A stretch of 64,000 nucleotides of DNA from Octopus sinensis (taxonomy: Eukaryota), in the NCBI RefSeq assembly GCF_006345805.1, contig NC_042997.1:8184001-8248000 (forward strand), given 5' to 3'. The notes under the pieces are model-generated. The model saw nothing but the letters and a program-made list of their open reading frames with translations. It searched no databases and was not told the DNA's origin. The position numbers and the translations under genes were made by a program. Positions 51,223 to 64,000 of this stretch are shown here, piece after piece. Numbering within the stretch: the first letter of the stretch is position 1; every line of letters begins with the position of its first letter.

Positions 51223-51276
51223 TCGTATTTTTTTAACCAAAGAATTTAATTCTTAGTTAAAAATAATACGAGTGTA
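51218..51276. repeat. 59 bp near-perfect palindrome abutting an (AT)n tract
   Basis: tacactcgtatttttttaaccaaagaat-tta-attcttagttaaaaataatacgagtgta. Confidence 0.85.
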
Positions 51277-53427
51277 TCTATCACAAAACAACTTAATTCA
51301 TTCGTTCGATGTATTCAAAAACCATTGCTAGCTGAAAAGAAATATCTGGTTATAAAAGTATCAACAAAATTCTCAATAATCAAAAACAGGACTGTAAATA
51401 TAGGTCTTCTGTATTGGTAAGACGAAGAACATACTGAGAAAAACTGGAATCGTCACGTGTTTAGAGGATATTCAGTAGAAGTTTAAGATCATACGGAGAG
51501 CATTGTTCATGAGTTGGGGAAAATACAATTTGAAAGGTAATTGGTACTTTAATTTTGAGCGTATGTTCACGGACAGTTTGCGTTGTAGGCTTTTGACGAA
51601 TAATTGATGATTCTTTAACTTTTTTACACAAGTATGGGCAAAAATGTCGGCAGTTGCAGCTGTGTATTGATACAAGTGTCCACCCACTTAGATACCAAGC
51701 TCAAAAAGAAAAGTTTACTGTTTTTATTGAATCTTGCACTCGTATACAAACAATTTATCAACGTCACCTACTGGACTTACGTATAACACTCCAGGTTGTT
51801 AAGCTAATTTCCAAAACCCTATCATTTAGTCTCCACATCGTTCCATGCTATATTTGTGCAAAATGGTATAGAGACTGAAATGCAGTGAGCAGAAAATCCC
51901 TGAAAAATCTGTGGTAAAACCAGGAAGTATAAGAGATGGAGCAGCGAATGTAACCTCTATATTACAGAGAAGCTAAATAATCTAACGCCAACATTGAGCA
52001 TTCTGAACATCAGCGAATAAACTTCCTCTTTTTGCCCACATACGCTACAGTTTAAAATTCAAAATTTTAAGCAGAACTCCATTTTTTGCGATCCACCTTC
52101 CCAGCCTGGATAAGCACACCTATCTTCCATTGACACCCTTCGCACCTTTTCACACGCATAAACACACCATACCAACGAAACCAGGTTCACATTCTTAAAT
52201 TCAACTATGTATACATAAAACCTATGCATCGCATAACATTTTATAAAGTGCATAGAACTTACAGAATTTGTAGTTTTTTTTTTAATTATGAAATAATTAA
52301 TATGCAAGTTCAATTACATTTATATATATGTAAGTGTGTATGTAGGCATTTATCTATATATGCATATGTGTATGTAGGTGTGTTTATTTATATATGTATA
52401 TGTAGCTGCGTGTATTGATACATACACTATATGCTTCAAAATCTTTCATATAAATAGGATAGCGCATGCATATGTATGTGTGTTTCAGTATATATATAAA
52501 GGTATAATATAGGTATATTTGGTATATTTATATACATCTGCACATATATGAACGCTATGTGAACGTATCTACACAAATATAAATTGTATATATATACACG
52601 TACACGTATAATGGCGTTTTCACGTATACACTATATTTTCTATATACTTTAATTTGCACGAAAACAACATGCATATTTGCAGCAGAAATACATGCACCAT
52701 AAATCGCAGTCAGCATCGGAGACCATGTACTGAAGTTTTAACGTGCATCAGTCACAAAATATTCTGAATTAGCAAGCAAAACATTATAGGGTCCGCTATA
52801 AGGAGTCTTCAGGTGCCTTTGCACTCTACTGTTGCGGAAGACAAGATATTAAGTACCACAATTTGTAGACACGTATGTATAAACTTTGAGTTCCTTTGGT
52901 ATAGCTTTTGGCAAATCGGACATATATTGCTGCCAGCACTGTGCATAATTAGACGGGTCTTGAACTGTCTAAGAATTTCCTATGGCCATTTGTCTGGCTA
53001 GATGTAATATACTACAATATACTATTCCTGTTGAAATAAAACCAACTACCGATTTAACCAATGATCTGGTGCCAAATAATATTATCTGCAGTTATTCCAA
53101 TCGTGTATCTATGCTACCATACGTTTTAGAAGCGGCTTGCATTGACGATAAAACTTATTTATCATCCTATATTGGGTCGAGGAATGTGTCGTCGTACGAA
53201 TTGTTTCTTACTGACCAGTTGCCTAAACTAAGTAAAAAAGCAGACTAAAGCATTTTCTGATAAAAGGGCGTAAAAGGTGGTAGATTCGAAATTTTACATT
53301 TGCAGCAAACTGCATCTGACCCACGCTTATTGGAAACATATTTAGTTTGCTTTAATAAGCATCACAACAGGTAAGACTCGATGTCACAGTTAACAGTAAC
53401 AGGGTAACAGTAACTCTTATATATAAA

Positions 53428-53733
53428 GTGCGTGGCTTAGGGCTTGGAATAATCGGCTCATGATCGTAAGGTCGTGAGTTCAATTCCTGGCAACGCGTTG
53501 TGTCCTTGAGTGAGACACTTCATTTTCACATTGCTCCACTCAGCTGGCAAAAATTAGTAATACTTGTATTTCAAAGGGCCAACCTTGTCACACTCTGTGT
53601 CACGCTGAATCTCCCCGAGTAAGAGTACATGTACCCGTGGAGTGCTCCAAAACTTGCAGATTAATTTCACGAGCAGACTGTTCCGTTGATCACATCAGCT
53701 GGGACCCACGTCGTTGTAACCGACGGAGTGCTC
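53428..53733 (+). mobile_element. tRNA-derived SINE sharing its 3' half with family C but with a different 5' body
   Basis: Head gtgcgtggcttagg..aaggtcgtgagttcaattcctggc, then ttgtgtccttgagtgagacact; the 3' part ttcaaagggcc..gtcacgctgaatctcccc..ttaatttcacgagcag..gtcgttgtaaccgacggagtgctc matches the reverse complement of 24765-24950. Confidence 0.7.
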
Positions 53734-53764
53734 TTTTAAATATATATATATATGTATATATATA

Positions 53765-53850
53765 TGGCACGTGTCTTCTATTATAGCTTCGGGTGGGCCA
53801 AAGACTTGTGAATAGATTTGGTAGACAGAAACTGAAAGAAGCCCTTCGTA
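53765..53850 (+). mobile_element. SINE family B internal fragment
   Basis: gtgtcttctattatagcttcgggtgggccaaagacttgtgaatagatttggtagacagaaactgaaagaagccc. Confidence 0.6.
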
Positions 53851-54968
53851 TATATACATATGTTTGTGTGTGTATATATATGTATGTGTGTGTGTGCATA
53901 TATGTATATGTAACCCAGTTCTTTAATCATTGACTATGCTAACTAATATCACCTTTGACACTAAGAATTCTTAGTGAAGAGAGTGGTTTTGGACATCCTG
54001 CAGAATGAAGGACAAAACCCACAAAACCAAAAGTTGTGGGCTAGTATCCCGGTGGGGTGCAAATATCAAGTGGTATATCCCAAGAGGCAAATCACATAGA
54101 TAGGACTGTGGATACTAAACGTTTTCCCTGATGACACTCGCATTTCATAAATGTTGCATAAAAGAGGGACAACTGCATAGGTTTTATGAAGAAAGTAGTA
54201 CCTTTGTGTATATATTCTCAGGTAGATAAGACAGCGCTTATCAAAAGAGACACAAGAAACTCCAACGTCAGAGATAAACAACATCAGTCGACGGAATACG
54301 TAAACATTTAACGATAGCAAAATATCCATGCTCTTTGCAATAAGCGACTCGACGAAAGTAAAAGTGGAGAAAAGTTACAGGTCTCCAAATCTGCTCAAAT
54401 AACATGGAAGCCGGAAGTAGATGTTTGTTGGAGAAGGCAAAAAGGATAACCTAAGTCAGGCTTACTGTTCCTTGGGAAGTAGAATGATTCGAAGCCTCTC
54501 AATGGAAGCTCCCCGGTTACTATAAACGTTGGCAAGATTACAGAGCGTATGCACAGGAGGCATCGGAGTTGGTTTTGAGTGCAGAAGGTTTCCTACCTGA
54601 TCAGTATGGGGAATAATTACAACTGTAATATTAGGACGAGAGATAAATGCGGCTGAGCGCTGGATAGATGCAGCAGAAAAGACCTCCGACTTCTTATGGA
54701 GCAAGAGAGAAGAGTTAAACTAGACGTCAGGGCGAAATTATGGGCAGCGATTTAACTAATGTCAATTTACCAAATGTAGGGTATAACAGTTCAGTCAAAA
54801 TAGCCCGTGATTGTTATACGCTCTGATCCATTTCTTCTGGTCGAAGGAGAATGAAGGAAAAACATTTTTCCGATGCAGATAATCTCGTTTATATATGTGT
54901 GTACGTGTGCATGTGCATGTGTGCGTGTGTGTGACTATGTGTGTATGAGCACGCGCGCGTGTGTGTAT

Positions 54969-55495
54969 ATACTAGGTGTAGGCAAAAATTATTCGACCTT
55001 TGGCCTAAAAACAAGTAATATTATAAAACTCACCATTTTGATTTAGTCCCCTTCAATGTATTCAACTTGGAAGTCTACTCACTTCTGCCAGCTTTCCTGC
55101 CACTGCTGGAAACATTTCTAAACATCACATTTTAGAATGCTGTAAAGCTGTTCCATCGAATTTTGCTTAATGTCCTGTGTTGACTCAAATCTTCTTATGA
55201 ATGTTTTTTTTAAACTTTGGGAATAGCCAGAAGTCGAACGGGGCCAAATCTGGGCAGTAGAAAGCCTGACGAACAAGTGGTGTGTTTTGCTTGAAGAGGA
55301 ATGCTTGGACGACGTGGATGAATGAGCGGTTGCGTTGTCATTGTGGAATCGCTACTCACGGATCGGGGCGTTTTTGCTGCACAGCTTCACGAAGACTCCC
55401 AGGTAGTATTCTTAGTTAATTGTCTGGCCACAACGTGGCCCACTGTCCACTGAGGTGTGGTAGTCTTGGAACCTGCTGTACCACTCCTTTATTTG
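54969..55495 (-). mobile_element. Internally deleted mariner-family DNA transposon remnant
   Basis: Minus strand: KEWYSRFQDYHTSVDSGPRCG (HTH region, ~55495-55435) joined to ..LPDLAPFDFWLFPK..FQQWQESWQK*VDFQVEYIEGD (YSPDLAP motif and C-terminus); TA-flanked TIR-like ctaggtgtaggcaaaaattattcgacc at 54971. Confidence 0.7.
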
Positions 55496-57013
55496 TGTGT
55501 TTGTATACGTAAATATATGAATATACTTATATATGTATATATTTATATATGTATATGTATGTATCCGATTTATATGAAAGATGTTGACGCGTATAGTGTA
55601 TGCATCAGCGCACACAGCTACATATATAAATATTTACCTACATACACACTTACATACACATATGCATATATAGATAAATGCCTACATATGTACTATGTGT
55701 GCATGTATATATAGACAAGCATACTTATATACATGTCATTACCGTTGAATTTGTGTGGTGGTTAACTGACTACATAGATGTCCTTGCGATTAAACTTTTC
55801 AACTACTGGCTATCTTAGTTTGTTAGTCTTGTTTATACGAGCGACAATATATAGACTTCCTTCCTACTAAATTATAAGTGATTAGTTGTACCAAAAGCAG
55901 TCCACTGTAAAAATAATTGGTTCAACATAACAAAACATTCTAGTCACGACTGTAAAAAAAAAAATCATGTGATAAAATAAAAACTTAACATTTGCAAATT
56001 ATGTTTTTTCTATGCAAAATAATTGAACGTATGTGAGTGTTTGTGACAATTGCTATGCTCTTAGAAATTTATACATATGTAGAACATGGTAAGTTCCAAA
56101 CATTTTACAATATAAGTGCCAAAGATATGTCCCACAGCAATGTTTAATCCGCTATATGGCTCAATTTTGCATAAAAGTTAGATTCTGACTTTTACAAAAT
56201 TCTGTAAAACATATAACTCGAATATGCAATCCAAACCAGAGCCTCACAAGATTCATAAGTATCATCGGTTCTCATTAGCCAAATCACCTCCTCTTAAGGG
56301 ATACGTTGTTATCTCAAGCAATCGAAATTAAGCTTATGAATCAATAATGAAAATTATAATCCATTCTCCCCTTCGGTTCATCTAAGCACACTATGCCAAA
56401 CAGTTGCTTCTTTTCTTTTCTTTTTTTTTCAAATTTACGCATGTTTCCTCCCAGTGGACCATAGTGATATGAAAAAAAAAAGATTTGTGGCTGGAACAGT
56501 GCAAGTTTTCTTCTTCTCAAGAATAGCATGCATTATTTATTTGGACAGTTTCTAGCTCTATTCTGATTTTATGGACTGAAAATATACCATATGGACGGGT
56601 TTTGCTCACATATCTCAGCACATAAGGTTATTTAACAAGCCATACATTCTTTCATGTATAATGCATATTGACTCCTTTTACCATTTACATTTGTGTAATA
56701 ATGCTTCAAATTGCTCACTCTTACTTGAGAATGAGCAAACCTGAAATACATTAGCAAATGATTCCCCTTTGTAGGTATGTAAAAAGTGAAAAACATACAT
56801 ATATTGTAAACTATGATACCCGAAGAAAAAGACGAATCATTAAAAAATCATACCAAAAAACACAAAATACAAAATATTATGCTCTGCTCTTTCTATCCCA
56901 CCACTAATCTCATAATACCTGCTCCTGCAAACTGGGAATCTATCAGCCAACTACGCCAGGATTAATTACCGCCTTTTCTCTACTTCAGAACCTGATTTTC
57001 TCTTCTCCTTCAG

Positions 57014-57170
57014 ATCTCACACTGATCGCTTTTTGCAATTATTCCTAAAAATAGAATCTGGCAGAACTTGCTTTCTTTATGAACTAGAGGCATTCAAAAT
57101 TGAACAACAAATACATTTGCCTCATCATTCTAAGGATCTAATATTGGCCATGTTCGCTAGACTGATTTGA
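57014..57170 (+). CDS. Isolated candidate terminal exon
   Basis: Strong acceptor gattttctcttctccttcag followed by a 51-codon open frame SHTDRFLQLFLKIESGRTCFLYELEAFKIEQQIHLPHHSKDLILAMFARLI*. Unrecognised. Confidence 0.2.
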
Positions 57171-57359
57171 CACTAGAGGCATTTGAACACTACACTATCT
57201 ATTTCAAATAGATCAAATACTGACTTGATACATATATATGGATAGACAGATAGATGGATAGATAGATAGATAGACAGATAGATAGATAGACAGATAGATA
57301 GATAGATATATAGATAGATAAATACATAAATAGATAGATAGATAGATAGATAGATAGAG

Positions 57360-57426
<67 letters not shown>

Positions 57427-58037
57427 GATAGATAGATATTTCCTGTGGCTAAGGAGTTTATAACTCTTATTTCTAGCAATGCCGGTGCACTTTTCCCCCT
57501 TGGTCACTTTTTGTGACGATGAATTATTTAATTTTTTTTTTTTGTTTTAAATTGCATCTAGCCACCTTAATTATTTTATAATTTCTACTGTATCATTTTG
57601 CGGAATCAGCCACAGATTTCTATGGTAAAATCTACAAATACTGACAGGTGTGATTTCAGCTTCACCACCTGCAATGGAGTAAGCATTAATTACATGCCAA
57701 TCTAATGCAGCTCACTTGCAGTGGGGGGGCTCCCCTGTCACTTATATGGAACATACGCTTTCTCTGGCTAAGAAGCCTCTCACTTTTCTTTCTACCAATG
57801 ATGGTGCACCCTGCATTCTTGGTGACTTTTTAGTGATGGTGAAATATTTCCTTTTTAGTTTTAAATTGCGTCTAGCCATATATGACTCCTAAAAGACTTC
57901 TCCATGAGGTGCTATTAGGTAAGACATGGCCTATACTGGCCGAAACCTGTGAAAATTTATATATATATACATATATTATACATATATTATATATATATAT
58001 ATTATATATATATTATATATATACACACACACACACA

Positions 58038-58096
<59 letters not shown>

Positions 58097-59224
58097 TGTG
58101 TGTATGGATATGTGTATGCATGAGTGTTTGTGTGGGCGTTGATTTGATAAGGTCCGTTACATCCTTATTAATCTCCAAATCCCTAGAAGCAAGCAACGTA
58201 GTAGGTTACTAATTTAACGGCCCTTAACGTAAATACATTTATACCAAAACTATATGTACATATATACATATATACATGAGTATACATTTAAGCATACACG
58301 TGTGTGTTTGTGTGTGTGTGTTGTAGACTTGATGTTTTGGATCACCATGGATTGTGCTGAATATTAGCTTGTTAGTGTTACTTCTGAGCACACTTTTATA
58401 TATGGATGTGCTCACGCATATATACATATTTACATGTATATTACATACACATTCAAAGGTTGACAAAATAATTATTACGTAAATAACAATATTCTGAAAC
58501 AGCTGTAAACGAATAGCATAAACGTATATTCCCTCACTTCACATTCCGTATCCCTTTTTAATCATATATGTATATATACAGGAAAATGACATATACTTAA
58601 ATGGCTTTTTGTGTCAGTCGATCTATGTTATCATCTTGCTGCCTACACCAGTGAACCATTCTTAAACAAACTTTGCATACATGTTAAGCTAAAATCCAGT
58701 TCAATTATAGGTCAATTGGATTGCAATGAAAATCTATAATGGGCCTCTTAAAGGGCTTGGCCTATTATCTGATAAAATGAGAAGTGTACAATGAGTGTTA
58801 ATGTGAGGAAAATGTGATGACATAGTGAGAGTGGCTGATATCAGGGATGGAGAGAACAGCGTTGTGTAAGCGACAAATATGGAGTGACAGTGGAATGATA
58901 ATGTTAATACAGCTGCCATTCACGGACATACACGCGACGATGCATACATACCTGTGTAAATGCATAGATACGCGCATACATACACAAACACACATATGCA
59001 CATATGCACATACACATAACTAAGCTTTAAATCGCCGAGGAAAGGAAAGAAATTTGAGTGTGAGGAATACGTAGCTTTATCGAGAGAGTGGTTTGCAGAT
59101 GGCTTCTCAGCTGTCTATCGGAATTAAGCACTCACACACAACAGACAGACACACATACACACATATGTATAAACATACGTACACACATACATATGTCTAT
59201 TATACATTTTAAACTCGGGATTAC

Positions 59225-59280
<56 letters not shown>

Positions 59281-59865
59281 CGTCCTATAAGTATGTGTCT
59301 CTCTACTTTTGTAGGGTCTTCCTTGTTGCTGTCACATATTCTGAAATTTTAAAATTAAGTCAAAATTTTCAAATTTGGTATATTGAAATAATTTTCCATG
59401 TTAAATCCGATCTTGTTATTTATTTGTTCCAGAAAAATTGCAGAAATATGTTACTGACGTTTAAAGCTTAATCAATTTTACCTATTCAGAAAATAGGATT
59501 TGGAAGCTGGGGCATTTTCTGTATGATAGCTGTCTATTACAAAATGAAAGCAAAATCATTACGCAGAGGAATTCTTATGAAAGAAACGAAAGCAAAGTAT
59601 TACGATGACTGAAATCGTAAGAACAGAAGATTTAATAAGTTTTAATTTTGTAAGTCTTGTGAAACGGTCGAACAGATATGTAAATAATTTTTAAAGGAAA
59701 AAGTAAACCTCAAGGAAGAATTTTGCGAAAAATTGTTCAAATCAGTCCTAAGCAATAGATTTATCTGTCGGGGTAGGCATGGTCTGACATGGAATTGACA
59801 AAAATTCATATAACTTTCTATTGTAAAAATTTCCCGGAAATGACGGGCTATTCAGCTAGTATATA

Positions 59866-60083
59866 CAGTTTATACCTCTACTATCACGGGTGTTACATTT
59901 ATAAACCCCCAGCGATAGGTGAAAATCCGCGAAGTAGAAATGGTACTGTACTGTGTATTTTTTTAATTATTTCTATAATTTGTATATATTTTATTATAAT
60001 TCCAAAACAACACCGCGGAGGAACGGCGTAAGCTTAAACAATAAACCGCGATAGGTGAACTGCGATATGGTAAGAGATTACTG
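59866..60083 (-). mobile_element. pogo/Tigger-like MITE (second copy, inverted relative to 12131-12347)
   Basis: TA-cagttt..ccgcgaagtagaa..aaaccgcgataggtgaactgcgatatggtaagagattactg-TA; the reverse complement matches the 12.1 kb copy. Confidence 0.6.
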
Positions 60084-60472
60084 TACACCACACATACATA
60101 CATACATCATAAATACGTACATATATATACGTGTCTATATATGTTCGCTCGTGTGCATGTGTGTTTGTGTATGATTCAGTAAGCACATATTTGAGTACAT
60201 TTATTCGTTGCGAATATATCTATGAAAGATTCTGCTGAATTAGTTACTTAAATTGAGGCATCTCAATGGCTCGGAATACTATACACATACAACAATATTA
60301 TGTAGATATCAAACTTGGTACATAAGTACCGGCCGAATGATATTCTTGCAGTGTATGTATACAATTAGACTCAGCTAAATGAAGAAATCCGCACTTGGTG
60401 TATTGAGACATGTACAATATACACAATATACGATCCATAACATTTACGATGGACAGATTCAAAGACAGGTGA

Positions 60473-61583
60473 ATAAAATTTAGATGAGTAACAGTAGAGG
60501 TACGGCTATGAATGCATTACGGCCGTTTCTAACGAGTCCTTTAATTGATTCATGAAAAACATTACATCATTGTAAAGAAACCGTTTTCGTCAGATAAATT
60601 CATGAACTTCAAAATAAAGGACATTTGAAATGATTTAACATTGTTTAAAATCTACGGAGCAATAACATATACAGTGATTCTGCTACTATTTCAGGTGACA
60701 GAATTTCTATCAACGACTCCTGTACAATGATGTCGATGTCATGCTTTTATTAATCAATTAAAGAGTCGTTAGAAACGGCCGTAATGGATTGACATCTGTA
60801 CCTATACTGTTACTCATTTATATGTGCGTTTATATATATATTTGTTTGTATACATACATATATTTATATGTATACATGTATTTATATGTACATAAATATA
60901 TAGATATGTATATACATATGTGTGTGCGTTTGTGTATATTTGTGTGTGTGTGTGTGTGTAATAAACTAACCAAATAATAAAGTATCATGAAGTGAGTCTC
61001 ATAATAGGTAGTGGAATGAAGAGAAAGAGATAAAATTTAGATGAGTAACAGTAGAGGTACGGCTATGAATGCATTACGGCCGTTTCCAACGAGTCCTTTA
61101 GTTGATTATTGAAAAACATTACATCATTGTAAAGAAATCGTTTTCGTCAGATAAATTCATGAACTTCAAAATAAAGAGCTTTCGAAATGATTTAACATTG
61201 TTTAAAATCCACGGAGCAATAACATATACAGTGATTCTGCTACTATTTCAGGTGACAGAATTTCTATTAACGACTCCTGCACAATGATGTCGATGTCATG
61301 CTTTTATTAATCAATTAAAGGAGTCGTTAGAAACGGCCGTAATGGATTGACATCTGTACCTATACTGTTACTCATTTATATGTGCGTGTATATATATATT
61401 TGTGTGTGTATACATACATATATTTATATGTATACATGTATTTATATGTACATAAATATATAGATATGTATATACATATGTGTGTGCGTTTGTGTATGTG
61501 TGTGTGTAATAAACTAACCAAATAATAAAGTATCATGAAGTGAGTCTCATAATAGGTGGTGGAATGAAGAGAAAGAGATAAAA
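60473..61583 (+). repeat. 557 bp direct tandem duplication, each unit containing a TA-flanked ~340 bp MITE (60481-60820; 61038-61378) with ~70 bp TIRs
   Basis: ataaaatttagatgagtaacag at 60473 and 61030; TIRs tagatgagtaacagtagaggtac..acggccgtttctaacgagtcctttaattgatt / aatcaattaaagagtcgttagaaacggccgt..gtacctatactgttactcattta. Confidence 0.9.
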
Positions 61584-62127
61584 AGAATATCGTAGACTGA
61601 GAAGGAAAGAGAGAGAGCGAGAGAGGGAGAGCGATGACGATGATCATGATGATCATGATGATCATGATGATGGTGATGTTGATGATGAAGAGAAACTTAT
61701 ATACAAAACAACTACAATGATCGGATTTTAGCAGACAATAAATCAATAGAAACAGTATAGTCTTATACATGATGAACATCAAAGAAAATTGATTCTTGCA
61801 CGATCAAAACGGGGATTTAGGCAATAGTATAGGAACATGTACGTTCTGTAGATTCTAAATCTTATGAGCGTACATTGTAGCATAACAAAGACAATAGCAG
61901 ATGAAAATAAAACGGTAGCTAAATACAGACAGAATGTATTGTGTAACATAAGTAATATTAACGAATATATAAGCAAAACGTTATAATGATCTCTGCAAAT
62001 CAGATAGACATGTAAAGGGAGTAATAACTAAATTAATATTCAGAAATTACGATGATAACAGTTTGTCAATGGATCGTCATATTACATGTGAAGTAGAAAA
62101 AGGACATATATGTATACATATATATAC

Positions 62128-62161
<34 letters not shown>

Positions 62162-62172
62162 ATAGAGAGATT

Positions 62173-62252
<80 letters not shown>

Positions 62253-62345
62253 GACAGATAGATAAAAAATAGATAGATACAGTCATGAATGTGTATATAT
62301 ATATATATATGTATGTATGTATGCAAGGATATATGAATATCACAC

Positions 62346-62395
<50 letters not shown>

Positions 62396-62584
62396 AAATG
62401 AGAGAGAGAGAGAAAGAGTGAGGGAGAAGGAGAGGTTTTAAGTATATATTTTCAAAACCAAAACAATGCAAGTTTATAATATTTTTATTATATTTTATCT
62501 AGTTTCAGCTCACGAGCTGTGGCCTTGCTGGGGCACCGCCATTTTATATAATTATATAAATTTTTAATACAAGTCGATGACGTT

Positions 62585-62785
62585 TCTGCCTGCCCGAAAT
62601 TTTGGGGGAGGGGGACAGTTGATTAGGTCGACTGTAGTACGCAACTGGTACTTAATTTATCGACTCCGGAAGGATGAAAGGCAAAGTCGACATCAGTGGT
62701 ATTTGAACTGGAACGTAAAGACAAACTAAATATGACAAAGCATTTTGCCCAGCGTGCTAAATTTTCTGCCAGCTCGCTACCTTAC
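62585..62785 (-). mobile_element. tRNA-derived SINE, family A
   Basis: gcaactggtacttaatttatcgactccggaaggatgaaaggcaaagtcgacatcagtggtatttgaact..cagcgtgctaaattttctgccagctcgc. Confidence 0.75.
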
Positions 62786-63711
62786 TATATTATAATAATG
62801 AAAGACTAATCTTCCTCAGCAATGCAGTCGATCGCGAAATATATTTCCTATTGTACCAAGAAAATAAAATCCTTAACACTGGATTCTAAATAAAGCCTTT
62901 AAATCTTGGTTCTTTTCTTATATTTAACCTGTGTTTTGATTTTTCCCTCATATTTTACTATTGTTATATTTATATTTCTACGTTTCATTTTTATTAAGTT
63001 CTTTGTATAAAACTGTTTATGCTATTAACTAATGTCTTATCTTGTGCACTATAATATAATGTATTACAACAGTGACATGTAGTAAGCACGAGTTAAAACA
63101 AAAACAAAGTGTCAGACAACTCTGAGCGAAAGGTGGGGTTCTGGTTCCAGGAAGGGGAGTTCTCTCAAAATTCAAATAGATAATATATCTATCGGCTAAA
63201 ACCTACTTTTATAAACCCTATTCAGACACGATATCAAGCAGTATATATACTTGATATTACCGTCATCTTCATAATAAGAAGCAGGTTGCTCTTTACAAAC
63301 TGCTAAATTTCTACTTCGTTTCAGTTATTGCAGAACTACAGGACTCATGTTGTATTTATTTACCTGTTTATTGCCTTCGGAGCCGATTAAGTCTCAGAGG
63401 TTCTTCGGAAGTTTTATGGTACTTTTAAAAGCAACACTTTCGAGACTGGTCGTATTTTAGATTCACGTGAACGTCTTCACTGATATTAAGGAGTGTAAAT
63501 AAATCAGAAATGTGTAGTTGAGAAGTGAAAATATTTTCCTAGTACGGGTAGTAATACTTCGTCATTGTAAAAGACTACTATCATTCCGTCTATTAGGATT
63601 TCTTGTTCGTCATGAGAGATAAACATGAATATTTGCGAAAGGCGACAGATATAAAGTAAAAGCTTTTTATCTGAAATACAGATGCTGTCGTAACATGCGC
63701 ATGTATATATC

Positions 63712-63752
<41 letters not shown>

Positions 63753-64000
63753 GCGAGAAAGAAGCAACAAGAATGGATAGGTTTTTAGTACAATCGTTTC
63801 ATACAAGGACAGGCTTTATTAAAAGTTGCAAAAATTACAGCATATAAACGTGTCCCGTACTCATCAGCTAAAATACATGTGAGTTCTCTAGACATCCTAG
63901 TGGTTGAGGCTATACTCATGAAGTAATGTAGATAATTAAGTAACATAAACAGATTTCCAAAGTTCATTAAAGTTCTTTAAAGATGATGTACAGTCTTATC

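Noticed and set aside
14757-53733. tRNA-like heads (box A/B) at several positions
   Set aside because: They are SINE 5' regions followed by SINE bodies; no complete cloverleaf or acceptor stem, so not called as tRNA genes.
54050-54800. GC-richer block with faint L1/Tx1 RT-like peptides
   Set aside because: Motifs too degenerate to support a call by eye.
57480-57880. Diverged ~85 bp direct repeat (57480-57570 and 57800-57880)
   Set aside because: Short, AT-rich and diverged; no termini or family assignable.
2281-62376. Dozens of ORFs with IYIY, CVCV, THTH, IYLS, poly-N/L/K/Q/M content
   Set aside because: They are translations of (AT)n, (AC)n, (ATAG)n, (AAT)n, (AAG)n and (GAT)n microsatellites, which lack stops in some frames; no coding signal.
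63789-63878. 90 nt open frame YNRFIQGQALLKVAKITAYKRVPYSSAKIH with a gtgagt donor
   Set aside because: The acceptor lacks a polypyrimidine tract and there is no partner exon or recognisable homology.

Overview
AT-rich, microsatellite-saturated eukaryotic genomic DNA. The very dense (AT)n/(AC)n/(AAT)n/(ATAG)n arrays and the recurrent tRNA-derived SINE families look like a coleoid cephalopod, most likely Octopus (inference from pattern recognition, no database search). No prokaryotic genes, rRNA, true tRNA genes or CRISPR arrays were found, and almost all ORFs in the supplied track are microsatellite or transposon artefacts. The window is mostly intronic/intergenic transposon debris. The best-supported element is a 5.4 kb minus-strand Helitron (41570-46960) with both termini intact and a disrupted Rep-Pif1 helicase ORF that starts with ten 23-aa STPR-like repeats. 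Other elements: several R4/Dong-like non-LTR retrotransposons with a restriction-like endonuclease, each ending in (AAT)n and stacked in a 7.7 kb pile (21.8-29.5 kb); an internally deleted L1/Tx1 element; an RTE/BovB-like LINE; a mariner remnant; Tc1/pogo-type MITEs; and about 15 SINE copies or fragments. Local structural oddities include an ~0.9 kb inverted duplication, a 557 bp tandem duplication, an exact 57 bp copy 2.3 kb apart and a 59 bp palindrome. Five phase-compatible candidate exons at 1.3-4.0 kb may be the 3' end of an unidentified plus-strand host gene. Other isolated candidate exons are low confidence. I did not find a clearly new biological system; the Helitron and the inverted duplication are the best follow-up targets.
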